Source of the DNA: Promethearchaeota archaeon Loki_b31
GTDB lineage: Archaea > Asgardarchaeota > Lokiarchaeia > Sigyniarchaeales > SOKP01
NCBI GenBank assembly: GCA_005222975.1
Contig: NJBI01000020.1
Location: 1 to 51,335, forward strand
Length of the DNA: 51,335 nucleotides
Direction: 5' to 3'
Shown here piece after piece: positions 28,790 to 38,880 of the stretch; the first letter of the stretch is position 1, and every line of letters begins with the position of its first letter. Made by a program: the position numbers and the translations under genes. A model generated the notes under the pieces. The model did not search any database. It had not been told where the DNA came from and saw only the letters and a program-made list of their open reading frames with translations.

Positions 28790-29890
28790 TCAGTATAAAG
28801 TATCAATATATTTGGCATTTATCTTTGGATCTTGGTCTACAATATCAAATATTGAGATTTCTAATTTTTGAATAAGGTCTTTATCTGTTTGTTCATATTT
28901 AATATAGTCTCTAATGAGATTATAGCCTAAATCCTTAAATTTTTTTAAATAATTCTTCAAAAGGTGATTTTTTTGATTAATTTGGATAAAGTATAGGAAT
29001 TGGTTTATTTCAGATGAAATTGGGTCCATATGATTCCATTCAATATTGAATTCCAAAATTTTTTCTAATATTTCTATTAACTCATTATCTGAATTGAATA
29101 ATATCGCCGTTGAAAGAAGGAGCTTTTTCTTTTTCACCCACTCAATTGTAAATTCTTCTGTCAATAAGGATTTGAATTCTTTAAAATATTCTTGAAATCT
29201 TATTTTTAAATCATTTTCAATTGTCTTGTATAAACTGATATTAATCTTCTCTAAAATTATTTTAAAATTCCTAAATTGGTATATGTTTAAAAAAATATTT
29301 TCAATTGAAATTCTTACATATTCTGGATATTGATTAATTAATTCAGGAATTAAATTAAAAAGTCTAAAAGCTAAGTCCCACCATTTTAACTCAAATATTT
29401 TCGGAAGAAAATTTGAAATTTCTCTTGGATATTTAGAAACAAGATTTTCAAATAATCTTGGATAATCTGTTAAACTTTCACCTCTAGTTTCTATTAAATA
29501 ATCACCTAATGCATTATTAATCTTTTCCTGAGCATTTCCAAATAAGGTTTCAGAAGTAGGAAGTATTTTTTCTAATAAATATTCTCTAAGTTTATTACTA
29601 AAAATTTTCGGATTTTCAGTCATTAAATTTAATATGAGCTCTATTGGATCGGAAAGAAATTTCCTTTCATTTCTCTCAAAAAAAAGAGAGGGAATGAAAT
29701 CCTCTTCAGATATGATTTTCTTCTCGAAAAGAGTGATTTTTGCTAGTTGGGTTATCTGTTTCGGAGAGGATTTTAAAATCAATCTTAATGCTAACCAATT
29801 ACCATTTAATAAAAAATCCTCTGTTTGTTTAATTAAATCTTCTTTTATTTGTTCATATTCGAGTTTAAACGGATTGGCTGTCATAAACAA
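28790..29890 (-). CDS. Helical-repeat hypothetical protein; probable N-terminal part of the 26552-29890 frame
   Basis: 366-aa Leu/Ile/Glu/Lys-rich ORF ending TGA-AAA-AAA-GTG, in frame with the next ORF. Confidence 0.6.
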   Translation of the reverse strand: MFMTANPFKLEYEQIKEDLIKQTEDFLLNGNWLALRLILKSSPKQITQLAKITLFEKKIISEEDFIPSLFFERNERKFLSDPIELILNLMTENPKIFSNKLREYLLEKILPTSETLFGNAQEKINNALGDYLIETRGESLTDYPRLFENLVSKYPREISNFLPKIFELKWWDLAFRLFNLIPELINQYPEYVRISIENIFLNIYQFRNFKIILEKINISLYKTIENDLKIRFQEYFKEFKSLLTEEFTIEWVKKKKLLLSTAILFNSDNELIEILEKILEFNIEWNHMDPISSEINQFLYFIQINQKNHLLKNYLKKFKDLGYNLIRDYIKYEQTDKDLIQKLEISIFDIVDQDPKINAKYIDTLY

Positions 29891-30262
29891 AATTATGAGA
29901 TTTATATTTGTAATTTATTATATCACAATTTAGCTATTTAAATTACAGAGGTTTAAGGTTTTTTCTATATATTAATAATCTTATATTTAATATATTCTCA
30001 TTTATTAATGAAATGTATTTCTTCATATATTGTTAATTTGTTGCTTGATTAACAAGAATTTGATTGCTATATCTATAGTTTTTAAATATGCCCGTGTAGC
30101 ATCATAAAATTATGAGAATTACAAATCTGAATATATTTACAGCCAAGATTCAATGCTCCGCACAAAATGATGACACTCCCTTCTTTATTTGTGAATTTAA
30201 CGGCGAGGATGCGAATTGGATTGACTCCCAATAAACTTTTTTTGAGGCTTGATGAGTAATAT

Positions 30263-30423
30263 TATTCCAAAATATTTTTAAATTTTTTTTCTTATTCCAA
30301 ATCCAAAACATTCATTCCAAAATTTATTTAAAAAACTCAACAATAAGAAAAAATAGAATATATTATTTGCATTTTTTGGAGAACTTTGCATTTATTTGGA
30401 AAATTTAGCATTTATTTTGGAAA
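30263..30423. repeat. Cluster of short repeats: TTCCAAA copies facing three degenerate ~20-bp GCATTT..TTGGA tandem copies
   Basis: ATTCCAAA near 30264, 30294 and 30314; TTTGCATTTTTTGGAG, TTTGCATTTATTTGGAA and TTTAGCATTTATTTTGGAA across 30366-30422. Confidence 0.45.
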
Positions 30424-30424
30424 T

Positions 30425-30823
30425 TCACACTTCTGGTTTAAAATCTAAAGAAATTGAATTAATGCAATATCTTAAGCCTGTAAGTTTAGGACCGTCGTCA
30501 AATACATGCCCCAAATGACTCCCACATTTATTGCATAATACTTCTTCTCTTTTCATGCCTAAACTGAGATCTGACTGCATGTCGACATCTTTATCGCTTA
30601 TAGGTGCTGAAAAGCTAGGCCAACCACAACCGGATTCGAACTGAGCGTTTGAATCAAATAGAGGTGCCCCACACCCAGCGCAATAATAGAGGCCTTTTTC
30701 GCGATTATTCCAATATTTTCCTGAGAATGGTCGTTCGGTTCCTTTTAACCTTAACACGTGATACTGTTCTTTAGTTAATTTTTGCTTCCATTCGTCTTCA
30801 GATTTAGAATCTTTCGCTGTCAT
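30425..30823 (-). CDS. msrB: Peptide-methionine (R)-S-oxide reductase MsrB (Cys type)
   Basis: [39 protein letters not shown]. Likely start is ATG 30823. Confidence 0.95.
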   Translation of the reverse strand: MTAKDSKSEDEWKQKLTKEQYHVLRLKGTERPFSGKYWNNREKGLYYCAGCGAPLFDSNAQFESGCGWPSFSAPISDKDVDMQSDLSLGMKREEVLCNKCGSHLGHVFDDGPKLTGLRYCINSISLDFKPEV

Positions 30824-30859
30824 AACAATAAAAGAGTACAATGTAGAATTAATATACTT

Positions 30860-30990
30860 AGCGGTTAGGTTATCAATTTTGTTAAAAATGTTAAGTAGTA
30901 GTATAACATTTTAATAAAAATTGTTCATGCGAAGTTTGGAACACATCCCTTATTCGCACAGGCTGAAACCAGCAACCTCTATCGGATAGA
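30860..30990 (-). ncRNA. Putative omegaRNA / right-end structure of tnpB-1 (boundaries approximate)
   Basis: Hairpin AGGUUG..CAGCCU (30960-30978) and an ~20-bp imperfect inverted repeat 30874-30893 / 30904-30923 overlapping the tnpB 3' end. Confidence 0.5.
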
Positions 30991-32167
30991 TTTTGAATAA
31001 AACCATCTCCGACTACTTTTCTGAGGATATTTAACGCTCCATTTACATCTGCATTGAGAAGATAATTCGAACCTCTAAATAATCCTCGTTTTGTCCGTTT
31101 ACCAACGTAATTTTTACGTTTTTGAATCGGTTCTAAATCCAACGAGCTACATTTTGAAGTATAGGACTCATTGACTTCGTGAATTTGAATTCCTACAAGT
31201 TGAGCTTTATAAGTTATCATTTGTTTAAGCTTTTGAATGGGGATATTCACGAAATTTTGGTTATTTCGTTTGCCCATTCTGATATTCTGTTTTATATTTT
31301 TCAAATTACCTAAACAAATATGTCCTATTTGGTTTTCTAAGCAATAACCTATGAGAAATTGAGCTGTTTTATGTAAATAATCGGTAATAACTGAATTTCG
31401 ATTAATAGTAATACTTTCGAGCCTATTTGTCCGCTTTAGGTTCTGTTTGTCTTTAATAGAATTAAGCCTTGCTTTCTGTTTGTTCCATTGTCGGTTAATA
31501 GACTTTAAAACTCTTCCTGAAACGATAATCGGTTTTTCGTTTCTATTTTCTACCGTTGTTATTAAATTATTTAATCCAAAATCAATAGATAAGTACGAGC
31601 TATAGTTTAATTCTGCTTTCTCTACCTTTCTTTTATATACTCTTCGATTTCGTAGAATTTTTTTCTCGGTAAGATCCTTATTTGCTGATAACATTCAAAA
31701 TTCTTGTTTCTATAGTGAGGTATTGTAATTTCTATTGGATGTTCAAATTCAGGAAATGCTTTCTTAAAAAACTTAGACATCGTAAGAATGATTTTATTGT
31801 TCGTAATTTTACTATTCTGATTCGTAAAGATCAAGAGATTATAACCGTCTTTCTTATATTTAGGTGGTCTCGGTCTTCCATTGAATTTTTCTTGACCCTT
31901 TTTCCATTCTTTTATTGCATTGAAGAAACTTTTCCAATTCCTATCGATGATTTTAAGAATCTGTTGCGAAGTTTGAGCTTTTAATAATTTGTAGTTATTA
32001 GAGTGTTGCAAAATAAAATTTAAATCTTGATAGCGAAGCAAATTTTCCAAATGAAAAAAATCTTGTCGTACGTACCAATTTGCCTGATTATAGAGCTTTT
32101 TAGAAATAATACAAAGCAAATCTAACTGAGCACTTTTAGGATGTCTAAACCTATAAGTTAATTTCAC
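30891..32167 (-). pseudogene. tnpB: TnpB RNA-guided endonuclease (solo, IS200/IS605/IS607-type) with a 1-nt frameshift at about 31641
   Basis: N-half SKKLYNQA..AQTSQQ..WKSFF..PRPPKYK..QIRILP; C-half SIDFGLNNL, DYLHK, NESYTSKCS, NADVNGALNI. Junction reads GAA-GA-GTA-TAT. Confidence 0.9.
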
Positions 32168-32372
32168 AGTAAGATAAAATATTATTGCTAATTATTTAAA
32201 GGCAATGACGCATGTTATTTTTAAAAAACCTTGGGCTTTTTACTATATGAATTTTATATCCACTTAATTAAATCCATATTCTATTAACAAAAAGAAGTTA
32301 AAAATTGCAAAAAGTGTTTGAAATATTATTCGAGCACTTAAATAGTTCTTTAAGTATAGTTCCCTTTAGTAT

Positions 32373-33539
32373 TTAGTAGTTCCATTTTTTTTTTTTTTCA
32401 TTTATTAAAGATTTCAAATCTACTTTTTCTCTAAGTAAATAATCTTCTAAAACATCTTTTGCCTTTTCTCTTTGTTTTTGGTGCTCACTAAGGAATTTAT
32501 TAATTTTTTGTATTAAGTCTTTTTTACATTCTCCACAAAGTAATTCTCCTCCTCTGCATTTTGATTGAATCCTTTTGATTTCATTGTCATCTAAAGTGAA
32601 AAGCATAAAATGATATTTATAAACCGAACAGACTGAAGGATTTCCCCCTAATTCTCTTTGTAATTTTGCATTTGCTTGTCCCCCTGTGAATGCATTATTT
32701 ACTTTTCTTTTTACAACATCTGGTTCATCTTTCGTGAAGATTGCAGTATTTTCAACTGATGCAGACATTTTACCGTTTTGCTGGAGACTTGGAAGAAATA
32801 CACATTGAATAGAGGCGGGTTTGTAATAACCAAGTTTTGGTAATACATCTCTTGATAACCGAAAATGAGGATCTTGATCTACAGCATGAGGGATTAAACA
32901 TGGAACATTTTTCTCTTCAATCAGACTTTTAAGGATGGCGGGAACTGCTTGAATACTTGTGTAAAATATTTGACCTATGTTTGCACTATTATCTAACCCA
33001 AATGTTGCTTTGATTGTAGAGAAAGTTATTTTTTTAGCAATTTTTAAAGCATTTCTGTAAAAAGTATTACCGAGATCAATATCAGAAAAGATATATGTCT
33101 TTTTTGGATTAAATCCCAAGGCAATAACATCTAGTGCATTATCATATCCAAAATTATGAGTTTCTTCTAATGTAATGGATTGGTTAAATAGAAACTTCTC
33201 ATCATCAGTTAATTGGAACCATAAGTCCACATTAAATTTTTCTTGAATCCATTTCGTAAAAATCCAGGGTAATATATGACCTAAATGAATATTACCCGAA
33301 GGACCTCTTCCAGTATAAAGGTAAAACGGATTTCCTTTTTTATATTCCTGAAGAATCCATTGAAAATCTCTATGAGCAAAGAAAATCTTCCTTCTTAGAT
33401 ATGGATGAATCTCCTTTGTAATCTCTTTTAGATTGAACAACAATTTTTCATCAATAGGTTCTATTCCAAACTCTTGAATTAGTAGATCATAATCTACTTC
33501 ACCACTAACTTCCCATGGAGTTACTATAAAATCTGGCAT
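32373..33539 (-). CDS. trpS: Tryptophanyl-tRNA synthetase (archaeal/eukaryotic type)
   Basis: VTPWEV, YTGRGPS..HLGH, TDDEK, DQDPHFR, KMSAS, AFTGG. Confidence 0.96.
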   Translation of the reverse strand: MPDFIVTPWEVSGEVDYDLLIQEFGIEPIDEKLLFNLKEITKEIHPYLRRKIFFAHRDFQWILQEYKKGNPFYLYTGRGPSGNIHLGHILPWIFTKWIQEKFNVDLWFQLTDDEKFLFNQSITLEETHNFGYDNALDVIALGFNPKKTYIFSDIDLGNTFYRNALKIAKKITFSTIKATFGLDNSANIGQIFYTSIQAVPAILKSLIEEKNVPCLIPHAVDQDPHFRLSRDVLPKLGYYKPASIQCVFLPSLQQNGKMSASVENTAIFTKDEPDVVKRKVNNAFTGGQANAKLQRELGGNPSVCSVYKYHFMLFTLDDNEIKRIQSKCRGGELLCGECKKDLIQKINKFLSEHQKQREKAKDVLEDYLLREKVDLKSLINEKKKKWNY

Positions 33540-33755
33540 TTATGAATTAAAAAATATTTTTAAATTATTTATTAAAGTAAATATTCTATTTTTATTAGAT
33601 ATTAAGGATTTTAAAATTTGATGTCTTTAGAGGTAACCTTTATAAAAAACATAAAAAGAAAAAAGAAAAACTAATTGATAAAGCTAGAGAGCTTTTAGAT
33701 ATCGATTAATCGGTAATTCCCTACATCTACTATTTGATGTAGATTTTATGGAAAT

Positions 33756-34682
33756 CTATAATAAAGTTTTCAAAATCTCTGTTAAATCAGAAAGGAAATC
33801 TGAAACTTTTTCTAAAAACTTTTCTTTTAATTTTTCTTTCATAACAACCGAGACAAATAAAGATTCTTCTTTGAGTTTTATTCGATGTAGATATGATATT
33901 AATTCATTTCCAATTGTTGAAAAGGTGGAATCAGCCTCATAAGATTCTTCTTGCATTCTTTTAAGTAAAAAGAGGTGTTCCTTAATCGATTCGAGAAGCT
34001 CAATGTATATTTCTGGTTCTATAATGTCGTTGTAGAACTCACTTATAATAATGCCGTTTTTATCGAATACTAATAGCGATTTACTGTCGAATTCCTTGGT
34101 GTACTTTTCTAAAAGCTCTGAAAGTTCAAAGAATTTTTCATCAAATACTGATAACCCATAAGAAATAAGTTGAACTATTGAAATTATATCGTAAATTGAT
34201 GTTTGTTGGAATAAGATTTTAAATGAGGGATATTTTTTTAGTATATTTTCTCTTAATTCTTCAATCTGGTCAACCATTTTCTCGTTTCCACGAAATTCGG
34301 GGTCGAATTTATGAAAGCTAATTATTAAAGGGACGTCCATTTTATGTTTCTCGAAATTATGCAAAATCATATCTAAATAAGCGAGAGCAGTTCCAATTCT
34401 TTTTGTATCTTGAATGTCAATGATATATACCAGCAAATCAGTATCCCCAAAATAAAGCTCTTGTTTCTCTTGATATAACTTTCTATATTGTTCTTGCCCG
34501 CCCATATCCCAAAATACAATTTTGTTATTTAGAAATTCGGTTGCTTGATATTCAACTCTAATCGTTGGTGTAAGGGAAATAATATCATTATGAAAGTCAT
34601 ATTTCTTATCTAACGCAGTTAATATCGATGTTTTACCCGCGTTATCTAAACCAGCTATAATTATCTTAATAAATCGTTCCAT
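33756..34682 (-). CDS. Rag/Arf-like small GTPase with a C-terminal roadblock/longin-like domain
   Basis: GLDNAGKT, PT, WDMGGQ, HKFD, TSIYD; C-terminal LLVFDKNGIIISE. Confidence 0.88.
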   Translation of the reverse strand: MERFIKIIIAGLDNAGKTSILTALDKKYDFHNDIISLTPTIRVEYQATEFLNNKIVFWDMGGQEQYRKLYQEKQELYFGDTDLLVYIIDIQDTKRIGTALAYLDMILHNFEKHKMDVPLIISFHKFDPEFRGNEKMVDQIEELRENILKKYPSFKILFQQTSIYDIISIVQLISYGLSVFDEKFFELSELLEKYTKEFDSKSLLVFDKNGIIISEFYNDIIEPEIYIELLESIKEHLFLLKRMQEESYEADSTFSTIGNELISYLHRIKLKEESLFVSVVMKEKLKEKFLEKVSDFLSDLTEILKTLL

Positions 34683-34939
34683 TATTGTGAACCAATACTT
34701 ATTATTGTAAACACTTATTAAAAAAAAATAACGATAAAACCTTTTTTAAAAGAAGATTAAAATGAAATTTTTTAATAGTAAGTGAAATTCATTATTTTTA
34801 ATCTTATTGTCTTTTTCTGTTTTGATGGTATATATCTCAAATTTCAAATATTACTTGAAAAATACATACATGATACTTTCCTTTTATAATGAGAACTATT
34901 TTAATTTCGTTAAATAGTAATTTATAAAAGTGGATTGAA

Positions 34940-35161
34940 TTGAACGAAGAGGAAAACCAATTTTTGGAATTTTTACATTATCAAATAAATCAGAAAAATA
35001 AATTTGAGAACGTAGTACGAAAGGTTCCTATGTTTAAAAGCATGATACAAGAGGGTCATAAAACTATCTTAAAGATGATAGATAAATTCGAAAATATTCG
35101 CCGTCGAGAAACATATGACATGTTAGTGCACGAATTTAATAATATGAACCAAAAGAATTAA
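34940..35161 (+). CDS. Small hypothetical protein
   Basis: 73-aa ORF with TTG start after GTGGA. Confidence 0.5.
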   Translation: MNEEENQFLEFLHYQINQKNKFENVVRKVPMFKSMIQEGHKTILKMIDKFENIRRRETYDMLVHEFNNMNQKN

Positions 35162-35188
35162 TTATTTTTTACTTTTATTATTTTGCAA

Positions 35189-35611
35189 TTATTCTCCAAT
35201 AATGGAACAGTAAATTTTTCTATGCCTAGATTTTTCGTCATTCTCCACGAAAATTACATTCTGCCAATTCCCTAGGATTAATTCCTTGTTTTTGAATGGA
35301 AAAGTTTGAGATGTTTTAAGGAGAAAACTCCTTAGGTGCCCGGCTCCGTTATGATCGTGCCATGTTTTATGATGTGCATAATTTTTATCGTATGGAATTA
35401 GTTTTTCAAGTAGATCCTTAATATCATGCTTAACTATTCCGGGCTCGTATTCAGTCGTGGAAATAGCTCCAGTAGATCCGGCAATATGTACGTTTACTAT
35501 GCCATCTTTCAATCCACTTCTCTCAACCGCACTTTGAACTTGAGGGGTAATATTTATTACATCGCAATAAGCTTTCGTTTTAATTTCAAACGTTTCTAAT
35601 ACAACCGTCAC
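35189..35611 (-). CDS. yjbQ: YjbQ / UPF0047 family protein
   Basis: INIT..V..SG..DG.V, GSTGA..EYEPG, HHxxWHDHNGAGHLRS, LGNWQ. Confidence 0.9.
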   Translation of the reverse strand: MTVVLETFEIKTKAYCDVINITPQVQSAVERSGLKDGIVNVHIAGSTGAISTTEYEPGIVKHDIKDLLEKLIPYDKNYAHHKTWHDHNGAGHLRSFLLKTSQTFPFKNKELILGNWQNVIFVENDEKSRHRKIYCSIIGE

Positions 35612-35710
35612 GATTTCTTCTCCTTTTTCTTTCTTTTTAATAATAAATTTAATTAATTATCTTAATTTAAGCTATTTATAACTTAGCACTTTTTATCGTT
35701 TTGAATCAAA

Positions 35711-36145
35711 ATGAATGACAAGTTAAAGGAATTTTTAAAAAAAATACACGATCCTAAAAATAATCTTCCAATTTACGCTACAATAATTGTACGTCCCGGC
35801 AAGAACATACTTGATTTCAAAATAAAAAAAGAAGAAGTAAATATCTTAAAAATAATTGCTCACGAAGAAAAAAAAAAAAAAGAAAAAAGTACAGGCTGGT
35901 TTACTCATTCTTTTCATATTCCAATAAAAAATTTAGGACTTTCGGCTGACTCTAAAAATAAAGATATTCTAGCAAATTTATCTAATCCAAACCAGATATC
36001 AAATAAACCAACTAAAGCTTATGTTGAAGATATTTTAAGGAAATATATTGATATTTTACCTGAGAAAAAGAAACATTACTTTAAAACGCAGAGGTATAAG
36101 AAAAAGAAAGAGATGCAAACTGGCGTTAAATTAAAAGGATTTTAA
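35711..36145 (+). CDS. Basic hypothetical protein
   Basis: 144-aa Lys-rich ORF. Confidence 0.6.
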   Translation: MNDKLKEFLKKIHDPKNNLPIYATIIVRPGKNILDFKIKKEEVNILKIIAHEEKKKKEKSTGWFTHSFHIPIKNLGLSADSKNKDILANLSNPNQISNKPTKAYVEDILRKYIDILPEKKKHYFKTQRYKKKKEMQTGVKLKGF

Positions 36146-36484
36146 TTATTTTATTTTGCTCCCTGGTGGTACTACTTTTCCATTTCGCTCATCTATTTTT
36201 AACAAAAAAGGTTCGTTATTAAAATCCGCAGCTAAAAGCATTCCTTGGCTTTCTAAGCCCATAATTTTTTTTGGTTTAAGATTCGTTAAGATAACAATCT
36301 TCTCGTTTACTAATTCTTCTGGGGAATAATAGCTGGAAATTCCGGTTATAATCTGTCTCAACTTATCCTCTCCACAATCTACTGTTAATCTATAAAGAGT
36401 TTTAGACTTTGTAATACGTTCACAAGTTTTAATTAACCCGACTTTTAAATCTAATTTAGTAAAATCTTTGTAATCGATTACCAT
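36146..36484 (-). CDS. Stand-alone OB-fold tRNA-binding protein (Trbp111 / MetRS C-terminal-like)
   Basis: DFTKLDLKVG, RQIITGI, NLKPKKIMGLESQGMLLAA, PPGSKIK. Confidence 0.9.
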   Translation of the reverse strand: MVIDYKDFTKLDLKVGLIKTCERITKSKTLYRLTVDCGEDKLRQIITGISSYYSPEELVNEKIVILTNLKPKKIMGLESQGMLLAADFNNEPFLLKIDERNGKVVPPGSKIK

Positions 36485-36490
36485 TATTTA

Positions 36491-37357
36491 TCAACCTCGT
36501 AAGGGCATTCCATTCAATTCGACAAACTCGTCTTGTTTTGGTTTCTTTTCTCGATATGGATTTCTCACATCATTGATTTTTCTTGCAAATGTCATGTAGC
36601 CCGTATGCCCAATCATTCGAACTTCGGGATGGGTTGCATTTTTTTTCACTTGAAATTTTCTTTTAATTAATTCGTATGTATTTATTTCATAAAATCCGTT
36701 TTCTTGCAGAGCAAAAGTTGTTTTTTTAACTTGTTCTATAGCAGGTGAAAATGACACAAAGGTTCCACTAAGTTTAAGATAACTCCTAATTTTTTCAACA
36801 GCCTTCCAAGGTTGTGGCATATCTAAAACAACTGAGTCGACATTTTTGTGTTTAAGATCGTCATTTAAAATATCTCCGAATTGAATTGAGACAAAATCTT
36901 GTAAATTTGCCTTAATAACATTCCTTTGAGCTCGTTTTAGGCTTTTTTCTCTGATATCGTACGAAAATATATGCCCCTCGGGTCTTACATAATTTCCTAA
37001 AATACATGTTAATGCTCCTGAACCACACCCTGCTTCAACAACCATACTGCCAGGGCCAATCCCAGAATACATTAAAATTAATCCTGCGTCTTCCGGATAA
37101 ATTATTTGAGTTTTGCGGCTCATGTAAGTTACATAATCAGAAGGTAAAGGTTTAAAAACATAGAATTTATATCCTTGAGTTTCATAAGGTCGAGAAAATA
37201 TTACAGAACCAAATGGTTTTCCTATTAGATCATCATACTTTATAATCCCTTTATGTGTATGAAATTCACTCCCAGATTCTACACTAACCAACCACTTTCT
37301 TCGTTCATCAAGAATTAGGTAAATTAAATCATTTTCTTTTATTATCTCTTCGGCCAT
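36491..37357 (-). CDS. trmI: tRNA (adenine-N1)-methyltransferase TrmI/Trm61
   Basis: TQIIYPED, VEAGCGSGALT, LDMPQPW, GHTGY. Likely start is ATG 37357. Confidence 0.93.
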   Translation of the reverse strand: MAEEIIKENDLIYLILDERRKWLVSVESGSEFHTHKGIIKYDDLIGKPFGSVIFSRPYETQGYKFYVFKPLPSDYVTYMSRKTQIIYPEDAGLILMYSGIGPGSMVVEAGCGSGALTCILGNYVRPEGHIFSYDIREKSLKRAQRNVIKANLQDFVSIQFGDILNDDLKHKNVDSVVLDMPQPWKAVEKIRSYLKLSGTFVSFSPAIEQVKKTTFALQENGFYEINTYELIKRKFQVKKNATHPEVRMIGHTGYMTFARKINDVRNPYREKKPKQDEFVELNGMPLRG

Positions 37358-37572
37358 AATTAATCTCTTTTCCAAAACCCGAATTTTTTCAATAATATCT
37401 AAAGTGTTCTAATAATTTCGCTGTCATAAATTTTACAAAATTGTAACTTTTTTATAACGTTTTAAATAATTTAAACGAGTTTTTACAAAAAATATAAAAT
37501 ATATGTAAAATTGAAATAATCAATCATTGTTTATGCAACCTTTTTTATAAATACTCGTTAATGATTTAATCT

Positions 37573-38493
37573 ATGAGTAGTGCCAACAAAAATACATCTC
37601 AAATTTCAAAAATCTCTTTTAAAGAACTTCAACTTCAAATTGAAGAATTTAGGCAAAAACGAGATGATTTAAACAAAAAAACTAAAAAATTTATTACCGA
37701 ATTACAAGAGATTGATGGTGAAATCGAGGACTACTTAAAAGTTGTGAAAGACGATTATAAGAAAAAGCGGGATTATTGGAACGATAAGGTAAAGAAATTA
37801 AAAGACAAAAAAATAGAATATAAGCAATTACTAGATAAATGCATCGATGAAGGAAAAGCACTTTTGAAAACAAGCAAAAAGGGCAAAGATACAAAGAAAT
37901 TTATCTCAATTAAACAAATCGATAAGAAAATTGATAATCTAGAAAGACGAATAGAAATTGAAAATTTAGAGATTGTTGAAGAAAATGCAATTGTTGACAA
38001 AATTAGAGAATTAGTTATAATTAAACATGACTTCTTGGATGAGCAACAGAACACTGATTACTTTAGAATTGAGCGTAAAATCCAGATTGTTAAAATTAAT
38101 TTAAATAAGATTTATGAGCAACTAAGTAAATGGTCTAATAAATCTCAAAATTACCATGCCAAAATGCATGAAGCTTATGAAATAATTAACGAATTAAGAG
38201 AGAAAAAGAAAGGTCTTGAAGAAGAGTTGATCGAAAATAAAAAAGCAGCAGATGCATACCACGAACAATTATTGCGAGTTATGGATAAGAGAAAAAAAAT
38301 ATCAAAAGGAAAACGACCATATAACTCCTCTCAAAGTAGGTCAAAAACTCCGTATAGAAAGAAAACAAGAAGAAACGATGATCTTGATAAGTTAAAGCAA
38401 GAAAAATTAGCTGTTGCGTTGGAGAAACAAAAGGCGGGTAAAAAACTAAACCTATTTGAAGCTCGATTAATCCTCGAACAACCGAAAGATTAA
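37573..38493 (+). CDS. Archaeal coiled-coil protein (COG1340-like)
   Basis: Long heptad pattern, KRDDLN, H..M, KKAADAYHE, K.KAGKKL.L.E C-terminus. Confidence 0.75.
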   Translation: MSSANKNTSQISKISFKELQLQIEEFRQKRDDLNKKTKKFITELQEIDGEIEDYLKVVKDDYKKKRDYWNDKVKKLKDKKIEYKQLLDKCIDEGKALLKTSKKGKDTKKFISIKQIDKKIDNLERRIEIENLEIVEENAIVDKIRELVIIKHDFLDEQQNTDYFRIERKIQIVKINLNKIYEQLSKWSNKSQNYHAKMHEAYEIINELREKKKGLEEELIENKKAADAYHEQLLRVMDKRKKISKGKRPYNSSQSRSKTPYRKKTRRNDDLDKLKQEKLAVALEKQKAGKKLNLFEARLILEQPKD

Positions 38494-38880
38494 GTTAAAA
38501 TTTAGGATAAAAAATATTCTTTGTTATGATTATTTTTAATTGGTTACAGAATAAATTCAGAATTAACAAAGTGAAATATTTGAAATACGATTCATTAGCA
38601 ACTCTAAGTAGATTGTATTGTGGCTTCTGTCGTTATTATTTGGCTAAGAAATCTCGCAGAGTTGCCTTCTAAACAAGTAACAGAAATTAAATAGATTTAT
38701 TTTCTCTCTTTGTTTATCTTAATTTTCTTAATATGTTTTTGATAAATCTGATTGTAATATAATCCAAATTTCAAACATATAGATAAAATTCTTAGAAATT
38801 TGTCGTAAGATTTAAAATTATTTGCATTTTATTATAATGCAATAAGAACTTTAAAATTCCAAAAAAAGATTTGATAAAAT

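Noticed and set aside
30112-30234. 40-codon plus-strand ORF (MRITNLNIF..)
   Set aside because: Too short, no recognisable motif or SD.
30425-30841. Sec-type MsrB
   Set aside because: Catalytic RYCINS has Cys; the TGA is at the natural C-terminus.
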